Below, in pieces: positions 11,352-20,149 of a DNA stretch of 64,000 bases. The stretch is from positions 5,430,914-5,494,913 of the forward strand of contig NC_134034.1 in NCBI RefSeq assembly GCF_964204645.1, in the 5' to 3' direction. The stretch's first letter is position 1, and each line of letters starts with the position of its first letter. The stretch is from Tubulanus polymorphus (lineage: Eukaryota; Animalia; Nemertea). A model generated the notes under the pieces. That model was not told the DNA's origin. It saw only the letters and a list, made by a program, of their open reading frames with translations, and did no database searches. The position numbers and the translations under genes were made by a program.

Positions 11352-11955
11352 AGATTTATTTATATTTGAACCACATAATATGTTAGTTACTGGAGTTACA
11401 AATTGTGGTAAAACACACTTCATATTATATTTATTAGAAACTATTTATAAGAATCATTTTGATAATATAATATTATTCTGTCCTACTTATGAAATGAATG
11501 AAACATATAATAGAGATATAGTTAAGATAAAAAAGTTTATTATATTAGATCCTAAAACAGTAAAAGAAAATTTAGATAATTGTATTAAAATTGCATTAGA
11601 TATTTATAAAGGATCAAATACATTATTTATTATCGATGATTGCGCAAATTTACATGATTCAAAAGTTAGAGAAAGTGAGTTATGTTATTTAGCTTTCTCT
11701 GGTAGACATTTTGGGATAACAACATGGGTTTTAAATCAGAAATATAATTCAATTGTGAAAGACTTTAGAGAGAATATAAGATTTCTAGTTTTATTCTACA
11801 ACAAAGATAGAAAATCTATGCAACAATCATTAGAAGAAAATCAAATTATACCTACTGAATTACATGATGAATATATGAATAAATTAAAGAATAATAAAGG
11901 TTCAAAATTATTAATGAGATTACAATTTCCATATGAATATAAATTTATAAAATAA
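11344..11955 (+). CDS. A32/FtsK-like DNA packaging ATPase
   Basis: Walker A GVTNCGKT, Walker B FIIDD, GRH motif, LNQ. Confidence 0.93.
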   Translation: MNKDLFIFEPHNMLVTGVTNCGKTHFILYLLETIYKNHFDNIILFCPTYEMNETYNRDIVKIKKFIILDPKTVKENLDNCIKIALDIYKGSNTLFIIDDCANLHDSKVRESELCYLAFSGRHFGITTWVLNQKYNSIVKDFRENIRFLVLFYNKDRKSMQQSLEENQIIPTELHDEYMNKLKNNKGSKLLMRLQFPYEYKFIK

Positions 11956-11975
11956 CTATTTGTATACCAATGTAT

Positions 11976-12068
11976 TAGATACCCTAATACCTGATACCCT
12001 AATACCTGATACCCTAATACCTGTTACCCTATTAGATACCTTAAATAATTTAAACCCCCTTTTTTTAT
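11976..12068. terminator. Convergent-gene junction: 15-bp GATACCCTAATACCT repeats then CCCCC-T8
   Basis: Lies between converging ORFs; similar motif at ~43175-43226 and, inverted, at ~51430-51700. Confidence 0.45.
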
Positions 12069-12090
12069 TTACTATCATTTTATACAATTT

Positions 12091-13143
12091 TTAACCTTTA
12101 TTATTTTTGAGTGTTAGATAATCAATTTCTGAATCAATTTCTGAATCACTTTCACTATCAGATGACCCTAACACCATATTTAAATGCTCTACCGAATCTA
12201 CATTAACATCTTTATAATTTTTTTTCACCTTTTTCACCTTTTTCGCCTTTTTTTCCTTTTTTATCTTTTTTACCTCATCATCAATAGTTGTTTCATTTTT
12301 TAACTTATTCTTCCAATCAAATTTATTATTATTTTCTACTTTAAGTTTTATAGAATCTTTATTATCAATATGTTTAACTGTAACTATATCATCATGTGGG
12401 CGTATGACATCATTTTCATTATCATCTTTATTAGTGTTTGCTCCTAATATTTCATTTACAGTGTTTGATCCTAATATTTCATTAGCATTGGTTAAATCTA
12501 ATTCATCTTTATTAGGTGTTGCTAATAATAAATCTTCATACATTTTTTCACCATTTACTTTTTTATTTGAAACAAACTTTGTAACATATCTAAATGGGTG
12601 TTCTATAAATTCTTTTTTACCAACACGTTCTATAACATTAGTAATATGTGAATTTGTATTCATATGTTTATTCCAATTTGATGGAGCGTTTGAAAATTCA
12701 CCATTACAATAACCACAATAATTTCTATTTTCACTAACATCTAATATTATTGCATTATTAGATGTAGAAGGTATTATGTTATTAGATGTAGAAGGTATTA
12801 CGTTATTAGATGTAGAAGGTATTATGTTATTAGATGTAGAAGGTATTACGTTATTAGATGTAGAAGGTATTATGTTATTAGATGTAGAAGGTATTATATT
12901 ATTTGATGTAGAAGGTATTATATTATTTGATGTAGAAGGTATTTCATTATTATCAATTACATTACTTAAATTATCAACAACTTCACTTTTATTATTATCG
13001 ATTTCTATTAGTTTAGTTTTATAATTTTTAAAAATAGGATCAAATATCAAAGCTATATTACAAGGTATTACATAATATAAACCATCATTATTTTCATGTG
13101 TATCGATGTATGGAATATGTTTATATACTTTACCTCCTTCCAT
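12091..13143 (-). CDS. Hypothetical protein with ~8 IIPSTSNN repeats, a zinc finger and a Lys-rich/acidic tail
   Basis: 24-bp tandem repeat at ~12750-12945; CGYC..HMNTNSH; TAAATG start. Confidence 0.8.
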   Translation of the reverse strand: MEGGKVYKHIPYIDTHENNDGLYYVIPCNIALIFDPIFKNYKTKLIEIDNNKSEVVDNLSNVIDNNEIPSTSNNIIPSTSNNIIPSTSNNIIPSTSNNVIPSTSNNIIPSTSNNVIPSTSNNIIPSTSNNAIILDVSENRNYCGYCNGEFSNAPSNWNKHMNTNSHITNVIERVGKKEFIEHPFRYVTKFVSNKKVNGEKMYEDLLLATPNKDELDLTNANEILGSNTVNEILGANTNKDDNENDVIRPHDDIVTVKHIDNKDSIKLKVENNNKFDWKNKLKNETTIDDEVKKIKKEKKAKKVKKVKKNYKDVNVDSVEHLNMVLGSSDSESDSEIDSEIDYLTLKNNKG

Positions 13144-13175
13144 TTATTATATACATTTTTATTAAAGTTAAAATT

Positions 13176-14423
13176 TTAATACATAACACTATCTAATTGT
13201 GAATTTACAATATTTAATTGCGCGTCAGATATAATATAAATGTGCATTTTAAAATTTTTGATTCCTTTATTCTTTTTCATGAATAATTGTATTCCATCTT
13301 TTGTATTTTGTAGTTTTTTTCCAGAACCATGTAATGAATTATCTTCAGTTGTTCTAAAATCTAACCATAATGCATATTTATTACCGGTATAATAATCAAT
13401 TTGATTAATGTTACAATTTTCAAATGATTTTACTTTTTCATTCATAAAATGTTTTTTAATTTCTACCCATTGATCTATCATTCTCATTCCTTGACAAAAT
13501 ATTTTATTCGCTATTCCTTCGATAGTTATTTCTACTTTTGTTATTTCAGGATTATAATAATTGTCAACATTTATTGCGCCATTAGTATACGTTCCAATGG
13601 TAAAAAATATTAATATACCTTTAATAGATCTTCTAGGAAAGTTAATATTCTCATTAATTATTTCATCATTTGCATTAATAGTTACAGTTTTAAATTTATC
13701 AATATAATCATATAATAATGAAAACCCTTGATTGTATTTAGTTTGAATTATATTTGAAATATTTTCATCAGTTACTGTATCATATTCTAAACATATATTC
13801 GATAATTTATAACTCATATCTTTAACAACGCTAGATAATACAATTTCATTTACAGGAGCAAATGTTATCTCAAATATAATATCTTCTTGAATTGCGTATT
13901 TATATAAAGGTGCATTATTATTTATCAATTCAAAGTCTAATGGAATTTTATATTTGCTTCCATATATACTTTTTATCAATTTATCTACATCATTTGTTAA
14001 TATTGCGCTATTAGCTTCTGATCTTAATTTATTTTGGTTTTCCGATTGGATGCCTTGAAATATCATATTATTTCTATTTTCTTTAGTTAACCATAAATCT
14101 TTATAATGCATAAATAAATTATAATCATCTAATGAGAAAACTGTTTCAGGACCAATCTTTATTGTTAACTTTTTAATCAAATATCTCCCAACATTATCAA
14201 CAACATAATTATTATTATTACCGATTACTTTTATATCAGCTGATAAATAAATACTGTTTGGAACATAAAAAGTATTTTGTGTTAATCTAGGAATTCTAAC
14301 GTATAAAGTTTCATCGGGATTAATATTTGAAGGGTTATGAGTAATTATATGATGTGATCTTTCTGCTTTAATAGCGTTAGATATTCTAGAAATCTTCGAA
14401 GGACTTATATAAATCCCACTCAT
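13176..14423 (-). CDS. Major capsid protein (double jelly-roll, hexon-like)
   Basis: 415 aa, beta-rich pattern (NPSNI..LYVRIP, LIKKLTIKIG, YKIPL), size and context typical of Polinton MCP. Confidence 0.8.
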   Translation of the reverse strand: MSGIYISPSKISRISNAIKAERSHHIITHNPSNINPDETLYVRIPRLTQNTFYVPNSIYLSADIKVIGNNNNYVVDNVGRYLIKKLTIKIGPETVFSLDDYNLFMHYKDLWLTKENRNNMIFQGIQSENQNKLRSEANSAILTNDVDKLIKSIYGSKYKIPLDFELINNNAPLYKYAIQEDIIFEITFAPVNEIVLSSVVKDMSYKLSNICLEYDTVTDENISNIIQTKYNQGFSLLYDYIDKFKTVTINANDEIINENINFPRRSIKGILIFFTIGTYTNGAINVDNYYNPEITKVEITIEGIANKIFCQGMRMIDQWVEIKKHFMNEKVKSFENCNINQIDYYTGNKYALWLDFRTTEDNSLHGSGKKLQNTKDGIQLFMKKNKGIKNFKMHIYIISDAQLNIVNSQLDSVMY

Positions 14424-14451
14424 TTATTTAACAAAAAAAATTAATTATTTA

Positions 14452-14530
14452 TTTTTGATATTTTTTGATATCATGGTTTACTTGATATTTTTTGATATCA
14501 TGGTTTACTTGATATTTTTTGATATCATAT
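14452..14530. repeat. 27-bp tandem triplication at the end of the 533-aa gene
   Basis: TTGATATTTTTTGATATCATGGTTTAC, about 3 copies. Confidence 0.85.
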
Positions 14531-16106
14531 TTACTAACCCAAAAATAATAGCACTTACAACTGTAATTAAAAATAAAATAATATGTTCAGCAGCAAAGTT
14601 AATAATGTTTCCTGCAGATTTCAATATAAAACCAACAATTGATGCAATAACTCCTGGTAAAGCTGCAGCAGATTTCTTTGATAGTTCCCATAAATATTTT
14701 GCTAATTTCTTTAAACCATCTTTAACTTTATCTTGTATAGAATTATTGCCTGGAGGTTTATCTGGTTTATTAGGAGTGGGAGTAGAAGTAGATTTTAAAG
14801 CATTTGATATAGCTAAACCTATTGTTGTAAATAACATAGTTACAGCTGTTAGAATTGAAAGAATTGTTATTCCTTCTAATTTAAATAATAACTTTATTCT
14901 GTCTTTTAGTGATATTTCAGAATTTGGTTTAATCAACAAATCTTTAAAAATAACTTTTAATCTATTTATATTATAATCATATGATTTTAATAATAATTTA
15001 ATTTCTTCTTTTTGTAATTCTATGTTATATTCTAAATCATCAATTTCTTTTTCTAAATATGCATTTCTTTTTTTAAATTCAATTTCTTCAATAACTTTAT
15101 TATCTCTATCTAATTTTAGTTGTTCTATTTCTTTATTTTTATCAGTTCTATCTTTTTCCAAATACATAATTTTTTGATCTCTTATACTTTTATTATGTGC
15201 AATTTTATCAGCTGATTCTTGCGTACCTTTAATTTCTCTACGTGCTTGTTCAGGAAATGATTCTAATTCATCATCAGTTAAATCAAGTAATCCTTTTTCT
15301 AGTAAATATTCCAGTCGATTTATTCCACCACTATTCATTTCTTCTTCTGAATCACTTAATCTATTAATTTGTTTTTCTAATTGTAATTGTAATTGTAATT
15401 GACTTGAATCATTATCAATTGGTTGAGTGTCTCTTCTCGATGTTTCGGGTGTTGAAGATCTTAATTTATCTAATCGATTTCTATTCTCTTCCATTTCTGG
15501 TTCTAAATTATCATAGATTTTCTCAAATAACTCATTAATTCTTTGTTTAAATAATTTTTTAAAGTTATCTATTTCTTCTTTTGTTACATCTTCTAGTTTA
15601 TTATTATAAATAATTTTCTTAATTCTATCTGGTTCTAACTTAAGCAAAGTTGATTCTGCCAATATTTTGTTTTGATTTTTATAAGAGATATTAATATAAA
15701 ATTCACCATTTAAATTATCACCATCCAAATAATAATAATATTCACCATCTAAATATTTTAAATCTTTTACTAAAAGTCTAGCGCCTCTATCATTTATATT
15801 ATAACCAGATTCTTCAAATAAAGGTTTAAAATCATAAATAAATTCATTATATTCTAATTCTTGTCTTGCTAAATCTGGATTTTCATTTTCAGTATTTATT
15901 CTCTTTCTATTTGTTCTATCAAATTCATCTGTTGATGGGATTTTAGAACCACTATCTGCTAAATTAGAATTATATGTTGATTCATCATCATTATCAATAT
16001 TAGTTTCATTAAGATTAGCGCCTGCATCATTATAATCATCATCAATATATCCTTCATTATTATTTCCCATTTCTTTCATTTCATAATCTACTCCACCTTT
16101 TGCCAT
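14505..16106 (-). CDS. Large acidic/coiled-coil protein with C-terminal hydrophobic helices (putative virion membrane protein)
   Basis: ITILSILTAVTMLFTTIGLAI, LPGVIASIVGFIL and IILFLITVVSAIIFGLV segments; C-terminus conserved in copy C. Confidence 0.8.
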   Translation of the reverse strand: MAKGGVDYEMKEMGNNNEGYIDDDYNDAGANLNETNIDNDDESTYNSNLADSGSKIPSTDEFDRTNRKRINTENENPDLARQELEYNEFIYDFKPLFEESGYNINDRGARLLVKDLKYLDGEYYYYLDGDNLNGEFYINISYKNQNKILAESTLLKLEPDRIKKIIYNNKLEDVTKEEIDNFKKLFKQRINELFEKIYDNLEPEMEENRNRLDKLRSSTPETSRRDTQPIDNDSSQLQLQLQLEKQINRLSDSEEEMNSGGINRLEYLLEKGLLDLTDDELESFPEQARREIKGTQESADKIAHNKSIRDQKIMYLEKDRTDKNKEIEQLKLDRDNKVIEEIEFKKRNAYLEKEIDDLEYNIELQKEEIKLLLKSYDYNINRLKVIFKDLLIKPNSEISLKDRIKLLFKLEGITILSILTAVTMLFTTIGLAISNALKSTSTPTPNKPDKPPGNNSIQDKVKDGLKKLAKYLWELSKKSAAALPGVIASIVGFILKSAGNIINFAAEHIILFLITVVSAIIFGLVNMISKNIK

Positions 16107-16122
16107 TTATATAATAAAAAAA

Positions 16123-17271
16123 TTAAAATTTAAAATATAATATTCCTCCGATTACAATTCCTATACAAGTTATAGCTAATTTAGTATTTTCATGTGATTT
16201 ATTATCATTATCAGTTTTAATTATATCATGTTGAATTTTAACAGTTCTATTATTTTCTGATGTATTGTAATCTTTTATTTTAGAATCATTAACCAATTTA
16301 TTATTCTTAGTTTTAGTTTCTGTTGATTGAATGTGTTTTTTATTTTTTTCACCTTCCATTAATTTTGGAGCAGTAATAATCTTTTTATTTATATCATTTA
16401 ATCCAAATGAATTATTTATTGTTGCAGTTTTAATTAGATTATTATAACCAATTATATTTCCCATCTTTAATACTAAATCATTAGAAATAATTAATAGATT
16501 AGGGCCTATACAATAATTAAGTCTTACATGAGATTTATCTAAATAATTTTGATATCTTATAATGTTTTCTGGAATCGATCTATTTTTATCATTATGAATT
16601 GAATCTTCAAATAAAACTTTGAATTGTTTTTGTGTATCGAATGATGTATTCAAATTTCCAATTATCGGTGATCTTGTTTCAACTTGTGATCCTAGAATAC
16701 AAATCAAATAAGTTCTAATAGATTGATTTATTCTTTCTATACCTGATTTAGTAAAACCTTCACTATTTTCTAAAATAAAATAAACCCAACCATTATTGTT
16801 TTCTTGTTTTAAATTATCATAAAATTTCGGTAATTTATTGAAATTTAATGTTTCTAAATCCTTTGTTTCTATTTTACCATAACCTAATTTTTTATTATAG
16901 ATATTATAAAAACTATTAGATGGTATGGGAAGTGCACAATATTCTGCAATCTTTCTAGGGCAAGGAAGTGATCTTATTGTTCCAATTTTTATTCTAAAAT
17001 CAGAATTATTTATATCTATATTAAATTCATTGCAAATTTTATAAAACTTTGATAAATTAATATTATTATCCAATTCTTTAAAATATCTAGATCCTGGTAA
17101 AGCGCACTCTAATTCATTTAATATTATTCTGATTTGAAAGTATGTATGAAATCTAAATAAACTTTGAATTAGTTTATATTTAGAATTATTCAAATGATCA
17201 TTCCAACTAATTCCACATCCTGTTGTTGCACAATAAACAGCAAAATTTAATTGATTCTGCCAATACTTCAT
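16123..17271 (-). CDS. Conserved hypothetical protein with C-terminal transmembrane anchor
   Basis: YWQNQLNFAVYCATTG start present in all three copies; LAITCIGIVIGGILYF. Confidence 0.8.
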   Translation of the reverse strand: MKYWQNQLNFAVYCATTGCGISWNDHLNNSKYKLIQSLFRFHTYFQIRIILNELECALPGSRYFKELDNNINLSKFYKICNEFNIDINNSDFRIKIGTIRSLPCPRKIAEYCALPIPSNSFYNIYNKKLGYGKIETKDLETLNFNKLPKFYDNLKQENNNGWVYFILENSEGFTKSGIERINQSIRTYLICILGSQVETRSPIIGNLNTSFDTQKQFKVLFEDSIHNDKNRSIPENIIRYQNYLDKSHVRLNYCIGPNLLIISNDLVLKMGNIIGYNNLIKTATINNSFGLNDINKKIITAPKLMEGEKNKKHIQSTETKTKNNKLVNDSKIKDYNTSENNRTVKIQHDIIKTDNDNKSHENTKLAITCIGIVIGGILYFKF

Positions 17272-17286
17272 ATTAGATTTTAATAA

Positions 17287-17511
17287 TCATTGTTTTTCAT
17301 CTTTCAATTTTTTAAAATTAATCAAATATACATGAAATATATTTTCCATCTTTGCATTAAAATTATTACTTTCAGTAACATAAATATATAAATCAATTAA
17401 TGAATCTAAAACTTCATTTCTATATGTAATATCTTCATTAAAATCTATTGCTGGAATATTATATTTAATTGATTTATTATATTGGAAAGCTTTTGGAAAA
17501 CTATCTGCCAT
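17287..17511 (-). CDS. Small hypothetical protein
   Basis: TAAATG start; decayed homologues in B and C. Confidence 0.65.
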   Translation of the reverse strand: MADSFPKAFQYNKSIKYNIPAIDFNEDITYRNEVLDSLIDLYIYVTESNNFNAKMENIFHVYLINFKKLKDEKQ

Positions 17512-17527
17512 TTATATAATTAAAAAA

Positions 17528-17962
17528 TTAATAATTAACTAATTCTTTTAATAATTTATCTTGTTCTTCAACTGTTATATGACCATTTAAACTTATTATA
17601 TAATCTAGTGTGTTCTTTAATTTATTAATTTCTTTTATATTAGTTTTAATTTTTTCTTTATTACTTTTTATATTTAATTTTGAACTTATACCAGTTAAAA
17701 CACTTGAACTTAATCCTAATACACCAATTGATATAGCTAAAGGTGTTAATGGACTGAATATTGCTAGAAATGTTATTACAGAACTAATTGTAACCGAACC
17801 ACTGATAATCAAATAATATATAATTTTACTTTTTAAATATTTTTTCTTTTTTATCTTTAAGTCACTTTCAAATTCTAATATTTGTTTTTCTAAATATGTT
17901 TTTAATTTAGTTTTATTTATATCATGAGGAATATTATCAATACTATCAACTTTATCTTCCAT
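17528..17962 (-). CDS. Two-TM hypothetical protein flanked by coiled coils
   Basis: Two hydrophobic helices; homologues at 42193 and 46674. Confidence 0.8.
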   Translation of the reverse strand: MEDKVDSIDNIPHDINKTKLKTYLEKQILEFESDLKIKKKKYLKSKIIYYLIISGSVTISSVITFLAIFSPLTPLAISIGVLGLSSSVLTGISSKLNIKSNKEKIKTNIKEINKLKNTLDYIISLNGHITVEEQDKLLKELVNY

Positions 17963-17981
17963 TTATTTAGAATAAAAATTA

Positions 17982-18404
17982 CTAATTAGTAAACTTATAA
18001 GCAACAAATATAACAATAACTGTTCCACCTAAAATCCATATTATTTCATATTTCTGTTGTTCTTTACTTGGGGTATAATAATCTGATAATTTAGGTTTGT
18101 ATAGATGTAATTTTTCTTTATTTGTTACCGCGTTATATAAACTCATTGCATCATCAACTGATTGAAAATCTCTATGTGAAATCTTCTGATCATATAATTC
18201 TTTATTGATGTAATCCATATAGTTTTGTCTCTTTTCTCTATATTCTTCTGCATCTTTATTGTATTTCTCTAACGCTAAATTATGTCTTCTTTGTTCTCCT
18301 AATGAACTATTTTTATCAATATGTTTAAATAAATAACCACCACCTGTAAATGCTAAAGCGTTAACAATTGCTGATCCTATAATAGTTATAATTGCAGAAG
18401 CCAT
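17982..18404 (-). CDS. Hypothetical protein with hydrophobic N-terminus and C-terminal TM helix
   Basis: MASAIITIIGSAIVNALAFTGGG...IIWILGGTVIVIFVAY; homologues in B and C. Confidence 0.8.
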   Translation of the reverse strand: MASAIITIIGSAIVNALAFTGGGYLFKHIDKNSSLGEQRRHNLALEKYNKDAEEYREKRQNYMDYINKELYDQKISHRDFQSVDDAMSLYNAVTNKEKLHLYKPKLSDYYTPSKEQQKYEIIWILGGTVIVIFVAYKFTN

Positions 18405-18428
18405 TTATTTAGCAAAAAAATTATGCAT

Positions 18429-18650
18429 TTATATGGGAGGAATATATTTTTGTTTTTCCAAATAATCAATTGTTAAATTAGATAAAGTAACTGCTAATGT
18501 TAATTTTAAAATATCATTTATATCAAATCTATCAACATTAACACTTCCCATTTTGAATACTTTTTTTAATACCATTGAATAACCAACAGTTCCAACTGAT
18601 AGTAATGCGCCATTATATAATCCAGTTATTATCCACTTATTATCACTCAT
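18429..18650 (-). CDS. Small hydrophobic protein
   Basis: TAAATG start; homologue at ~41456-41720. Confidence 0.7.
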   Translation of the reverse strand: MSDNKWIITGLYNGALLSVGTVGYSMVLKKVFKMGSVNVDRFDINDILKLTLAVTLSNLTIDYLEKQKYIPPI

Positions 18651-18992
18651 TTATTTATCAAAAAAATTACTATCATCAAAATATTTAGTTAACTTATTTA
18701 TGATTAATTCAACATTTATTTTATTACTAGTTTTATGATTATCATATATTTTGGTTAATATGTTTTTAATATCATCAATAATTCCATCTTCATTTAATTC
18801 ATAATATTCTAAAGGTGATTTAATTAAATCAATTACTTTTTCTATATTATACTTTTCTTTATCAATCATTGATGCATTGTTAAATGATTTACTTTTTATA
18901 TCAGTAATTACATCATTTAGTTTAATTCTCATTTCTTTACCATGTTTAAAATCAAACCCAAAACATATACTCGGTCCAACAGTTATATTCAT
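18651..18992 (-). CDS. Hypothetical protein
   Basis: TAAATG start; homologue at 41114. Confidence 0.75.
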   Translation of the reverse strand: MNITVGPSICFGFDFKHGKEMRIKLNDVITDIKSKSFNNASMIDKEKYNIEKVIDLIKSPLEYYELNEDGIIDDIKNILTKIYDNHKTSNKINVELIINKLTKYFDDSNFFDK

Positions 18993-19009
18993 TTATATAA
19001 TGAAAAAAA

Positions 19010-19762
19010 TTACTCTCTACATCTTATAACTAATTCATAAATTACAGGGAAATTATTTAAATCAATTAAGTATCCATTATGATTTCTAATTTCTAATCTA
19101 AAATTATTAAATTTAGGAATGCAAGGTTTGAAATCACATTCTGTTAAATTATAATTTATTTGCGTTCCAAATTCTTTAACATTCTTCAATGGTAAAATGT
19201 TTAGTAAACCAGAATTACAAGTTATATCTTTAGTTGCTTCGAATGTTTTTGTAGGATCGATTAAATTGCAATAAATATAAAAATGTGTGTAAGGTATTAA
19301 GTTTGGTGTAGCATCAACATTTGAATAAAGTTTATCTGGTGTAATTCCTAACAGTTTAGCTATAGGTTTTTTAACTAAAAATTGATATTTCTCACTACGA
19401 GTTAACCTAATCCTTATTTTATCAGAACTATCACTTTTTAAAAATCTAATACTAAACCCGGAATTACTACCTAATTTGTGCCAGGTTTTTCTATTAATTT
19501 CTTGTGCTAATGTATCTAAATTATATAACCCTAGTTTTAAATATATATGATACCTTTTATTTTTTTCCTGAACTATAAACAATTTATGATCAATAGTTTT
19601 ATCCGTTATATTATAAAAAGAATTACATAAACTTATATTAACTAATTTTAAATCTACACAATTCTTAAATTCTCTATCTAATTGAACTAGTAAATTATGA
19701 GATTTATAATTTGTAAGCCTTCTAGAATCTACAAATATTCTGTATTCTTTTAATTCTACCAT
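19010..19762 (-). CDS. Minor capsid protein (penton-like single jelly-roll)
   Basis: IFVDS, NSFYNI, FYIYCNLI, LLNILP and FRLEIRN..G.LIDLNN patterns typical of Polinton pentons. Confidence 0.8.
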   Translation of the reverse strand: MVELKEYRIFVDSRRLTNYKSHNLLVQLDREFKNCVDLKLVNISLCNSFYNITDKTIDHKLFIVQEKNKRYHIYLKLGLYNLDTLAQEINRKTWHKLGSNSGFSIRFLKSDSSDKIRIRLTRSEKYQFLVKKPIAKLLGITPDKLYSNVDATPNLIPYTHFYIYCNLIDPTKTFEATKDITCNSGLLNILPLKNVKEFGTQINYNLTECDFKPCIPKFNNFRLEIRNHNGYLIDLNNFPVIYELVIRCRE

Positions 19763-19779
19763 TTATTTTACATATTTTC

Positions 19780-20121
19780 TTATTCGAAATCTATTTCATG
19801 GTGCCCTTTTTCATTCTTACCTTTGTATACGAAATAGAAATCTCCAGAACATAATTCTTCTAAATCTTCACTTGATAATCTATGAAATCTATCTGGTAAA
19901 TAAGTTCTGAATTTATATGTATTTCCTTTTAATCCTTCATATTCTAAATGAATTACTAATTTATCTCCATATTTATTAGTAATTGTAACAATATTTGTAA
20001 TTAAATATTTCTTATGAATTGTTAACTCAGTTAGTTTTTTAAATTTATAATCTACAGATTTGACGCTTGAAGTATCTTTAATTCTATCTAAGAATTCACT
20101 GTGTACTTGTTTACTCTCCAT
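19780..20121 (-). CDS. Small conserved protein, possibly OB-fold ssDNA-binding
   Basis: FKKLTEL..KYLI...NKYG.KLVIHL..TYLPDRF pattern; fold is an inference; homologue at 39972. Confidence 0.6.
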   Translation of the reverse strand: MESKQVHSEFLDRIKDTSSVKSVDYKFKKLTELTIHKKYLITNIVTITNKYGDKLVIHLEYEGLKGNTYKFRTYLPDRFHRLSSEDLEELCSGDFYFVYKGKNEKGHHEIDFE

Positions 20122-20149
20122 TTATTATACAAATTTTTATTGAAATTGA

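Noticed and set aside
12404-14976. Plus-strand ORFs at 12404, 12776 and 14455
   Set aside because: Antisense shadows of real minus-strand genes or of tandem repeats.
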